Origin: Bradyrhizobium sp.
GTDB lineage: Bacteria > Pseudomonadota > Alphaproteobacteria > Rhizobiales > Xanthobacteraceae
DNA: 55,272 nt
Assembly (NCBI RefSeq): GCF_019242285.1
Contig: NZ_JAFAVV010000291.1
Span: 1 to 55,272, forward strand
Reading direction: 5' to 3'
Part shown: positions 1 through 7,583 of the stretch, piece by piece
Numbering within the stretch: the stretch's first letter is position 1
Layout: the number at the start of each line of letters is the position of its first letter
Made by a program: the position numbers and the translations under genes
Notes under the pieces: generated by a model
Told to the model about the DNA's origin: nothing
The model's input: only the letters and a program-made list of their open reading frames with translations
Databases searched by the model: none

Positions 1-954
1 GTCGAAGTCCCAGGCGTCGTGCGGCAGCTCCTGATGATAGAACTTCAGCTTGCCGGTATCGACGTCGAGGCCGATCACCGAGGTGGTGTAGAGGTTGTCG
101 CCGGGACGGGCGCCTTGCGTCTTGTAGTCGCTGCCCGACCAGTCATAAAGTGGCGCCGGGTTGGCGGTGCCCCACATGACGGTGTTGGTCTCGGAATCGT
201 AGGTGCCCGGCATCCAGCCGCCGCCGCCGCCGGTGCGCCAGGAATCATTGCCCCAGCTCTTCATCGCGTCGTCGGTGCCGGCAACGGTCTCGAATTCCCA
301 TTTCTTCTTGCCGGTCGCGGCATCGACGCCGAAGATCGGACCGCGGCCGGGCCATTCGCCGCCTTGCGAGCCGATCACCACCGTGCCCTTGGCATAGAGC
401 GGCGCCCCGGTGAAACCGACCGTCAGCTTCTGGGAATCCACCAGCTTGGTGTCCCACATCACCTTGCCGGTCTTCATGTCGAGCGCGATGAGCCGGCCGT
501 CCATGGTTCCGACATAGACCTTGCCGTCACCGATCGCGACGCCGCGGTTATAGGGCGAGTGGGTCTGGCGGGCGATCAGCGCCTCGTCGAGCTCCGGGAA
601 ATAGGACCAGATCACCTCGCCGGTCGCGCCGTTGAGCGCGAAGGTGCGGCTGTAGGAGCCCGTGTAATAGAGCACGCCGTCGGCGACCAGGGGCATGGAC
701 TGCAGGCCGCGGGTCGATCGCCCCGGAATGTGAATCCAGGCGACGCCGAGGTTGTTGACGTTGCTGGTGTTGATCTGGGCGAGCGGGCTGTAGTGATAGG
801 ACTTGTAGGAACCGTGATAGGTCAGCCAATCATTCTGACCGGCCGCATCGATCCGTGCGGTGTCCACCGCCTGGGCCGAGGCTGACGGCGCTGAAAGTGT
901 CGCGGCAGCGGCAACGACCAAAGGTAAAGCAAGCAATCTCGGCTGTTTCTTCAT
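1..954 (-). CDS. PQQ-dependent dehydrogenase, methanol/ethanol dehydrogenase superfamily; secreted; 3' end runs off the window
   Basis: Not in the ORF track because it has no stop inside the window. Manual translation: MKKQPRLLALPLVVAAAATLSAPSASAQ (signal peptide), DWLTYHGSY..YSPLAQINTSNV, NRGVAIGDGKVYVGTMDGRLIALD, GGGGWMPGTYD, WGTANPAP, RPGDNLYT, PHDAWDFD. GGAGG RBS lies just upstream of ATG 954. Confidence 0.92.
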   Translation of the reverse strand, partial: MKKQPRLLALPLVVAAAATLSAPSASAQAVDTARIDAAGQNDWLTYHGSYKSYHYSPLAQINTSNVNNLGVAWIHIPGRSTRGLQSMPLVADGVLYYTGSYSRTFALNGATGEVIWSYFPELDEALIARQTHSPYNRGVAIGDGKVYVGTMDGRLIALDMKTGKVMWDTKLVDSQKLTVGFTGAPLYAKGTVVIGSQGGEWPGRGPIFGVDAATGKKKWEFETVAGTDDAMKSWGNDSWRTGGGGGWMPGTYDSETNTVMWGTANPAPLYDWSGSDYKTQGARPGDNLYTTSVIGLDVDTGKLKFYHQELPHDAWDFD

Positions 955-1363
955 GGGCATTCCTCCGGTTGATTTTCTTCGACGCAGCCGCACGGGATCA
1001 CGCGACGATCTCGCGCCAGCCACGCCTACAATTTCGAGTTCGTTTTCAAGGAGTTGAGCCGGCCGCCAACGCGCCGATGCCGGTGATGCACGGCACAACC
1101 TGCCGGCTTCTTTCGCGAATGAAAAGCATTCGCTGGCATGAGGTCGCCTCCCCACAGGGCTCTCTTGCGGAGAGCCTCCCATTATCCCGTACCGTCAGGG
1201 GGACTATCCCATCTCAGCCCGGGAATTTTCTCATCATCATGAGGGAATGTGGCGACACGAGGCCGAGTTTCATGACGCGCAGCACTTGGCAACGGCCGTA
1301 ACGATCCAGCGCTCGGCCGCAAAGCGTCATGCGGGAACCGCTCATCCTTCCCGCGCATGGCGG

Positions 1364-1388
1364 GCAACTTTTATCCGGGCCGGATGTT
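1364..1388 (+). promoter_or_regulatory. Possible sigma-EcfG-type promoter (one mismatch) for the alpha-glucosidase
   Basis: GCAAC-N17-GTT versus consensus GGAAC-N17-GTT, about 40 nt upstream of ATG 1431; a perfect copy occurs at 3071-3095. Confidence 0.35.
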
Positions 1389-1430
1389 CTATCGCCGAGC
1401 CGGCTTTCCACACCGTTGAGGACTCGATCG

Positions 1431-3050
1431 ATGGACGTGTTGCAGGCGGTGAACGAGCCGGTGTGGTGGCGGCGGGGCATCTTCTACCAGATCTATCCCC
1501 GCTCCTTTCAGGACTCCGATGCGAATGGCATCGGTGACCTGCCCGGGATCATCGGGCGACTGCGATACCTGAAAGACCTCGGCGTCGACGCCCTCTGGCT
1601 GTCCCCGATCTTCCCCTCGCCGATGGCCGATTTCGGCTACGACATCTCCGACTACACGGCGATCGATCCGGTGTTCGGCACCATGGCCGATTTCGACAGG
1701 CTGGTTGCGCAAGCGCATGCAAGCGGGCTCAAATTGATCCTCGATCTGGTGCCCAACCACACCTCCGACCAGCACCCCTGGTTCATCGAGAGCCGCCGCT
1801 CACGCGACAGCACCAAACGTGACTGGTACATCTGGCGCGATCCGGCGCCGGGTGGTGGTCCGCCGAACAACTGGCTCTCCGAGTTCGGCGGCAGCGCGTG
1901 GCAATACGATGCCGCGAGCGGGCAGTATTATTATCACGCCTTCCTCGCACAGCAGCCCGACCTGAACTGGCGCAATCCCGCCGTGCGCCAGGCGATCTAC
2001 GATGTGATGCGGTTCTGGCTCGGCAAGGGCGTGGATGGTTTCCGGGTCGACGTGATCTGGCATCTGATCAAGGACGAGGGCTTTCGCGACAACCCTCCGA
2101 ACCCGAATTTTCGCGAGGGCCAGCCGCCGCATCAGGCCCTGTTGCCGGCCTACACGACCGACCAGCCCGAAGTTCAGCACGTCGTCGCCGAGATGCGGTC
2201 CGTGCTGGACGCGTTTCGGGAGCGGGTGCTGATCGGCGAAATCTATCTGCCCATCGCGCGGCTGGTCGCCTATTACGGCAAGGACCTGCTCGGCGCGCAT
2301 CTACCGTTCAATTTCGCGCTGCTGTCGGCGCCCTGGAACGCGCGGCGCATCGAGGCCATCATCGCCGAATACGAGCACGCGCTGCCGCCAGGCGCCTGGC
2401 CGAACTGGGTGCTCGGCAATCACGATCGCCCGCGCGTGGCGAGTCGCGTCGGAGCTGAGCAGGCGCGCGTCGCCGCCATGCTGCTGTTGACGCTGCGCGG
2501 CACGCCGACGCTCTATTATGGCGACGAGATCGGCATGCACCAGGTCGCGATCGCGCCCGAGCAGGTCCGCGATCCCTTCGAGAAGAACGTGCCCGGATTG
2601 GGCGTCGGCCGCGACGGCTGCCGGACCCCGATGCAATGGAGTTCTGCGGCGAATGCCGGCTTCTCCACGGCACAACCGTGGCTGCCGCTGCCGGACGATT
2701 TTGTCCGCGAGAACGTGCTCAATCTCGAGGCCGACCCGGCCTCGCTGCTCAACCTCACCAAGGCGCTGATTGCGTTGCGCAAGCGGTGCCCGGCCCTCGT
2801 GACCGGCGGCTATGAGCCGATCGCCGCCCAGGGGGACCTTTTGATCTACCGGCGCCGCAGCGGATCGTCATCCGTTGTCGTGGCCCTGAATCTCGGCGCC
2901 GATCCAGTCTCGCTTTCGTCGGACGCCATCCCGCTGTCGGGCGAAATCCTGCTTTCCACCTTCATGGATCGCGTGGCAGAGCCGATCTCGGGAACACTGG
3001 ACCTGCGCGGGAATGAAGGCGTTATCACCAGCGCCGTTGCTGCGGGCTGA
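1431..3050 (+). CDS. GH13 alpha-glucosidase (oligo-1,6-glucosidase/maltase type)
   Basis: YQIYPRSFQDS, DFGYDISDY, DLVPNHTSDQHPWF, GFRVDV (nucleophile), LIGEIY (acid/base), GNHD, GRDGCRTPMQW. Start moved from 1329 to ATG 1431, which has a GAGGA RBS. Confidence 0.93.
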   Translation: MDVLQAVNEPVWWRRGIFYQIYPRSFQDSDANGIGDLPGIIGRLRYLKDLGVDALWLSPIFPSPMADFGYDISDYTAIDPVFGTMADFDRLVAQAHASGLKLILDLVPNHTSDQHPWFIESRRSRDSTKRDWYIWRDPAPGGGPPNNWLSEFGGSAWQYDAASGQYYYHAFLAQQPDLNWRNPAVRQAIYDVMRFWLGKGVDGFRVDVIWHLIKDEGFRDNPPNPNFREGQPPHQALLPAYTTDQPEVQHVVAEMRSVLDAFRERVLIGEIYLPIARLVAYYGKDLLGAHLPFNFALLSAPWNARRIEAIIAEYEHALPPGAWPNWVLGNHDRPRVASRVGAEQARVAAMLLLTLRGTPTLYYGDEIGMHQVAIAPEQVRDPFEKNVPGLGVGRDGCRTPMQWSSAANAGFSTAQPWLPLPDDFVRENVLNLEADPASLLNLTKALIALRKRCPALVTGGYEPIAAQGDLLIYRRRSGSSSVVVALNLGADPVSLSSDAIPLSGEILLSTFMDRVAEPISGTLDLRGNEGVITSAVAAG

Positions 3051-3070
3051 TCGCCCGCGCAAACGAAACA

Positions 3071-3095
3071 GGAACAAATGCGTGCAGGCCCCGTT
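3071..3095 (+). promoter_or_regulatory. Sigma-EcfG (ECF15, general stress response) promoter
   Basis: GGAAC(3071-3075)-N16-CGTT(3092-3095), an exact match to the alphaproteobacterial EcfG consensus, 20 nt upstream of the DUF3072 ATG. Confidence 0.75.
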
Positions 3096-3115
3096 GAAAG
3101 GGCAGGAGTGCAGGC

Positions 3116-3343
3116 ATGAAGGACAACAGCGATTTTTCGAACACCAGGAAGAACCCGGACGATTGGGTCTCCGGCGACGAGCCCATGACCGGTGCCCAGG
3201 CGTCCTATCTGAAGACCCTGGCCGAGCAGGTGCACGAGCCGTTCGACTTTCGCGCCGACCTCACCAAGGCCGAGGCTTCCAAGCTGATCGACCGGCTCCG
3301 CATCAAGGCCGGCCTGGAGGACGGCGCGAGCGATCGGGATTGA
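3116..3343 (+). CDS. DUF3072 domain small protein
   Basis: KNPDDWVSGDEPMTGAQASYLKTL..LTKAEASKLID signature; AGGAG RBS. Confidence 0.85.
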   Translation: MKDNSDFSNTRKNPDDWVSGDEPMTGAQASYLKTLAEQVHEPFDFRADLTKAEASKLIDRLRIKAGLEDGASDRD

Positions 3344-3357
3344 GGTGAGCATCGCCA

Positions 3358-3537
3358 ATGAACGCAGCGAAGGGGATCACGAAGAAGCTTGCCGGAAAGG
3401 CCAAGCAGGTCGTCGTCGAGGTGTTCGGCGACCAGCGCCTGCAGGACGAAGGCGCGAAGCAGGAACAAGAACGCCGCGCACAGAGCGAGCAATCCGGTGA
3501 GCACCGCCTGCTCGGCAATCTCGATCGGCTCACCTGA
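3358..3537 (+). CDS. CsbD-like small stress protein (59 aa, below the ORF-track cutoff)
   Basis: MNAAKGITKKLAGKAKQVVVEVFGDQRLQDEGAKQEQERRAQSEQSGEHRLLGNLDRLT*. The KG..K..AGKAKQ.....GD..L..EG..Q pattern is CsbD-like. GAGGTG RBS; directly follows DUF3072. Confidence 0.7.
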   Translation: MNAAKGITKKLAGKAKQVVVEVFGDQRLQDEGAKQEQERRAQSEQSGEHRLLGNLDRLT

Positions 3538-4915
3538 TCAGAGAGTTGCCGGCAATGCGGCCGAGCGCGACCGCCGTCAGCAGGCCGTTGCCGGAAAGAT
3601 AACCTCCGGCGCCCGCGCCGGATACGCCGCAGGCGGCGCCTCCGGCGGCAAACAGGTTTTCGAACGGTGTGCCATCGATCCTGAGCACCCTCGCCTGCGC
3701 ATCGACCACGAGGCCGCCCTGGGTGTGAAACAGCGCGCCCGTCACCTTCACCGCGCGATAGGGCGGCGCGAGCGCCGGCGTGCCCACAAAGTCGCGGCCG
3801 AACGCATCGGTACGCGCGCCCTCTCGCGCCGCGTTGACCGCGCGGAAGGTCTCGGCGAGGGCCGCCTCAGGCACGCGAATGGCCGAGGCAAGCGCCGCGA
3901 GGTCGGACGCTTCCAGCACTGCGCCGTGCACCACCGCATTCCTGAAATCCTCGAACTGCGCCGCGATGTCCGCGATGCGGGCATCGAAGATGCTCCAGGC
4001 AAGGCCGCCCGGCTGCGCCAGCACGAAAGCGGCCTGCTCGGAGTAGCCGGAAGCCTCGTCGGAGAAGCGCCGCCCTTGCGCATTCACCTGGAAGCCGCCC
4101 TCGGTCATCGTCGCCCAGCTGATCAGGATTCCCGCAGGCATCGCCACCGAGCCATGGCCCTGATGACCGCCGAGATCGCGGCTCGCCGCGCCGAGCGCTT
4201 CGCCCCAGGACAGCGCATCACCCTGGTTGCCGACATGGCCGAAATATTCCGCTCCGGACATTTGCGGAATGTACCTTTCGACCAGCGCAGGATTGCCGCC
4301 ATAGCCGCTGCAGGCGAGGATCAGCCGCGCGCAGCCGACCTCGTCCGTGCTGCCGTCCGGCCGCGTGAAGCGCACGCCGCGCACCTTTGTCGCCTGATCG
4401 ACCAGCAGCGTGGTCACATGCGCGTCGCAGATGATATCGACACCGGCGGTCTCGGCGGCGGCGCGCAATCGGTCGATCAGTTCCCTGCCCGCCCGGCTCG
4501 GCAGGCCATGCATCCGGAGGGCCGAATGGCCGGGATAGTTGAAATTGTCGACCAGCGAGAACGGCAATCCGTGCCGATCGGCCAGCCATTCCAGCGTCGG
4601 GCCGATGGCTCGCGTCACGAGCCCAACCAGCGCCGGCTCGGGCTCGTCGTGCGCCTTGCGCAGGATGTCGGACGCAAACAGCGTGGGGCTGTCGGCGATG
4701 CCGAGTGCCTGCTGCCATCGCGTTCCGGCCGCCGGGATCAGCCCGGCCGACAGCGCGGTCGAGCCGCGCGGCACGCTGTCCCGCTCAAGGACGAGCACCG
4801 ACTCGCTTTTCTCGATCGCGGAAAGCGCGGCGACCATGCCGGCGGCGCCAGCGCCGATGACGAGGCAATCGACCGAGACGTCGAAATCATGATCGATCGT
4901 CTCGATGCCGCTCAT
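3530..4915 (-). CDS. FAD-dependent oxidoreductase, FAD_binding_2 family (fumarate reductase flavoprotein/3-ketosteroid dehydrogenase/TcuA-like)
   Basis: VIGAGAAG Rossmann motif, GSTALSAG, LILACSGYGGN, GNQGDA, HTQGGL, LFAAG, GYLSGNGL. Confidence 0.85.
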   Translation of the reverse strand: MSGIETIDHDFDVSVDCLVIGAGAAGMVAALSAIEKSESVLVLERDSVPRGSTALSAGLIPAAGTRWQQALGIADSPTLFASDILRKAHDEPEPALVGLVTRAIGPTLEWLADRHGLPFSLVDNFNYPGHSALRMHGLPSRAGRELIDRLRAAAETAGVDIICDAHVTTLLVDQATKVRGVRFTRPDGSTDEVGCARLILACSGYGGNPALVERYIPQMSGAEYFGHVGNQGDALSWGEALGAASRDLGGHQGHGSVAMPAGILISWATMTEGGFQVNAQGRRFSDEASGYSEQAAFVLAQPGGLAWSIFDARIADIAAQFEDFRNAVVHGAVLEASDLAALASAIRVPEAALAETFRAVNAAREGARTDAFGRDFVGTPALAPPYRAVKVTGALFHTQGGLVVDAQARVLRIDGTPFENLFAAGGAACGVSGAGAGGYLSGNGLLTAVALGRIAGNSLIR

Positions 4916-5526
4916 GGCGCCTCGATCTCCCGCATCATCTCGGCGATCGTGGCGACGCGGCAGACCGGCTTCAGCGCGGCGATCGCGATGTCATGCGTCT
5001 CGACGTTGAACGCCGCGCAGCCGTCTTCCAGCACGATGGTCTCGAAGTCGCGGATATGCGCATCGCGCACCGTGGTCGCCACGCCGCCATTGGTGACGAT
5101 GCCGGCGATCATGAGCTTCTCGATGTTGCATTTGCGCAGGACCCATTCCATCCGCGTCATGTAGAACGCCGAATAGGCGATCTTCTCCACGACGAGATCG
5201 GCCGGCTGCAGGGTGTCCACGAGCTGATGCCCCCAGGCGCCCGGCAGGAAATCGTCCTTGGCCAGGAACGGCCGAAGCTGTTTCAGGTGCGGCGAGATCA
5301 GGGGCTCGCCGCCCTTCCCCGGCACCAGCGTGAACTGGGTGGAGATGACCCAGCCGCCCTTGGCGCGCAGGAGATCGGCGAGCGGCTTCAGTCTTGCGGG
5401 CAGCGCTGCGATATCCGGCGAACCCTGATTGGCACGGCCATAGGCGCCCTTGGGGTCGAGAAAATCGTTCTGCAGGTCGACGATCAGCAAGCCGGTCCGC
5501 TCGTGGGGGATTCTCACCGCACTCAC
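4912..5526 (-). CDS. Isochorismatase/cysteine hydrolase family protein; catalytic Cys position is Gly
   Basis: LLIVDLQNDF, EKIAYSAFY, AGIVTNGGVATTVRDA. The GTG start overlaps the upstream TGA (GTGA); the ORF-track extension to 6051 lies inside the neighbouring gene. Confidence 0.85.
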   Translation of the reverse strand: MSAVRIPHERTGLLIVDLQNDFLDPKGAYGRANQGSPDIAALPARLKPLADLLRAKGGWVISTQFTLVPGKGGEPLISPHLKQLRPFLAKDDFLPGAWGHQLVDTLQPADLVVEKIAYSAFYMTRMEWVLRKCNIEKLMIAGIVTNGGVATTVRDAHIRDFETIVLEDGCAAFNVETHDIAIAALKPVCRVATIAEMMREIEAP

Positions 5527-7583
5527 GGGCGTCGCTCCACGATGATGTTGCCGAACTGATCCACCCGCGCCACGAAATCCGGCGCAATCACGGTGGTCGC
5601 ATCCGGCTGCTCCAGGATCGCAGGACCTTCGATCTCGGCGCCGACCGGCAGGTCGAGCCGTGCATGGATCGCGGTCGGCCACCATTTGCCGTCGAACCAG
5701 ACCGGCCGTTGGCCGAGCCGCGCCTTGTCGAGATCGGCATCGGCGCCGGGCGCGAGCGCTTTCAGATCGAAACTCGGGCGAACGCCGATGGCGCTCGTCC
5801 TGAGGTTGACGATCTTGACGGGCACGCCGGGCAAGAGGCGGCTGAAGCTCTTCTGATAGGCCTGCTCGAACGCCGTGCGCAGGATGGCCTCGGTCAGCGC
5901 GATGGTGCCGTCCCTGATCTCGACCGGAACAGGCGCGCGGATGGTGTGGGTCTGGCCGACATAGTGCATGTCGAGCTCGAAGGCGATCTCCACGCGCTCC
6001 ATCGCGAGCTTCGCATCCATCACCACCTCGCGCGCATGCTCGGCTTCCCACAGCATCCAGCTCCTGAGAGCTGCGATGTCGATGCGGTCGAGGAACATGT
6101 TCAAGGTCTGCACCCGGTCGTGGCGGATGTCGGCCATCACGCAGCCGAGCGCCGAGGTCACGCCGGGATAGCGCGGCACCAGCGCAGCCTTCAGCCCGAC
6201 GTCCTTGATCAGGGCGGAGACGTGCAGCGCCCCGCCGCCGCCGAACGGCACCGCCGCGAAGCGCGCCGGATCGCGCCCGCGCTCGATCGACATCAGCCGG
6301 ATGGCGCCTGCCATCTTGCTGTCGGCGATCCGCACGATCGCCTCGGCCGCCTCCATCACGCCGAGCCCGAGCGGCTTGCCGACGTGGCTCGCGATCGCCC
6401 GCTTCGCCGCCTCGACATCGAGCGAGGCGAGCTTGCCGCCGATCGGGCGATCGGCATTGATGCGGCCGAGCACGAGATTGGCATCGGTCAAAGTCGGGCG
6501 CTCGTTGCCGCCGCCGTAGCAGACCGGGCCGGGCCGCGAGCCTGCGCTCTCCGGCCCGACCTGCAACAGGCCGCCGACATCGACATGGGCGATCGAGCCG
6601 CCGCCGGCGCCGATGGTCGTGATCTCGATCATGGGGTTACGGATCACCAGGCCGAAATCGACCGTGGTCTGCGCCGCGAGCGACGTGGCGCCGTCGACGA
6701 CCAGCGAGACGTCAAACGAGGTGCCGCCGAGATCGCCGGTGATGACGTTCGGAAAGCCTGCGGCCTTGGCAATTTCCGCCGCCGCGATCACCCCGGCTGC
6801 GGGCCCCGACAGCGCGGTGCGGATCGGGAAGCGCCGCGCGCCTGCCGTCGACATCACCCCGCCATTGGATTGCACGATGTGGAAACGGCCGCCGAAGCGC
6901 TCGCTGTCGAGCGCGCGTTCCAGCTTGCCGAGATAGGAGCCGACCACCGGCTGAAGATAGGCGTTGAGCGCGGTGGTCGAGGTGCGCTCGAACTCGCGGA
7001 TTTCGGGGAGGATCTGGCTGGAGCAGGCGATGTTGTCATTGGGCCAGATGTCGCCGAGCGCGGCCATCGCCTTGCGCTCGTTCTCCGGATTGGCGAAGGC
7101 GTTGATGAAGACGATGGCGAGCGCCTGCGCGCCACGGGCGAGCAACTCGCGCGCATGCGTGACGACCTGGTCGATATCGACCGGCACCCGGATCGAGCCG
7201 TCCGACAGCACCCGCTCGTCGACCTCGCGGCGCATGTCGCGCTCGACGATCGGGATGAAGTCGCCCCATAGGCCCCAGGTGCGGCGCCGATCGCGGCGGC
7301 GCATCTCCAGCACGTCGCGAAAACCCTTCGTTGTGATCAGGCCGATGCGGGCGCCCTTGCGCTCCAGCAGCGCGTTGGTGCCGACCGTGGTGCCATGCAC
7401 GATCGAGGTCAGGTCGGCCAGCGCGCCGAAACCCTGGAGCCCTTCCAGGAATCCGGTCGCCTCGTCGCCGCGGTTCGACGGCACCTTGCCGGTGCGGAAG
7501 ACGCCCCTCACCTCGTCGAAATAGAACAGGTCGGTGAAGGTGCCGCCGACATCGACGCCGACGATCGTGCCCAACTGGCTCAT
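5523..7583 (-). CDS. Hydantoinase A / 5-oxoprolinase ATP-binding subunit
   Basis: GVDVGGTFTD, HGTTVGTNALLE, REFERTSTT, SGPAAG, DLGGTSFDV, IGAGGGS, GPESAGS.PGPVCY, FGGGGALH. Confidence 0.93.
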   Translation of the reverse strand: MSQLGTIVGVDVGGTFTDLFYFDEVRGVFRTGKVPSNRGDEATGFLEGLQGFGALADLTSIVHGTTVGTNALLERKGARIGLITTKGFRDVLEMRRRDRRRTWGLWGDFIPIVERDMRREVDERVLSDGSIRVPVDIDQVVTHARELLARGAQALAIVFINAFANPENERKAMAALGDIWPNDNIACSSQILPEIREFERTSTTALNAYLQPVVGSYLGKLERALDSERFGGRFHIVQSNGGVMSTAGARRFPIRTALSGPAAGVIAAAEIAKAAGFPNVITGDLGGTSFDVSLVVDGATSLAAQTTVDFGLVIRNPMIEITTIGAGGGSIAHVDVGGLLQVGPESAGSRPGPVCYGGGNERPTLTDANLVLGRINADRPIGGKLASLDVEAAKRAIASHVGKPLGLGVMEAAEAIVRIADSKMAGAIRLMSIERGRDPARFAAVPFGGGGALHVSALIKDVGLKAALVPRYPGVTSALGCVMADIRHDRVQTLNMFLDRIDIAALRSWMLWEAEHAREVVMDAKLAMERVEIAFELDMHYVGQTHTIRAPVPVEIRDGTIALTEAILRTAFEQAYQKSFSRLLPGVPVKIVNLRTSAIGVRPSFDLKALAPGADADLDKARLGQRPVWFDGKWWPTAIHARLDLPVGAEIEGPAILEQPDATTVIAPDFVARVDQFGNIIVERRP

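Noticed and set aside
19-885. 288-aa plus-strand ORF
   Set aside because: Antisense shadow of the PQQ dehydrogenase, whose minus-strand frame has clear family motifs, a signal peptide and an RBS.
1158-1176. Hairpin GGCTCTC-ttgcg-GAGAGCC upstream of the PQQ dehydrogenase as a riboswitch or terminator
   Set aside because: A single 7-bp stem with no U-tract and no recognisable aptamer consensus.
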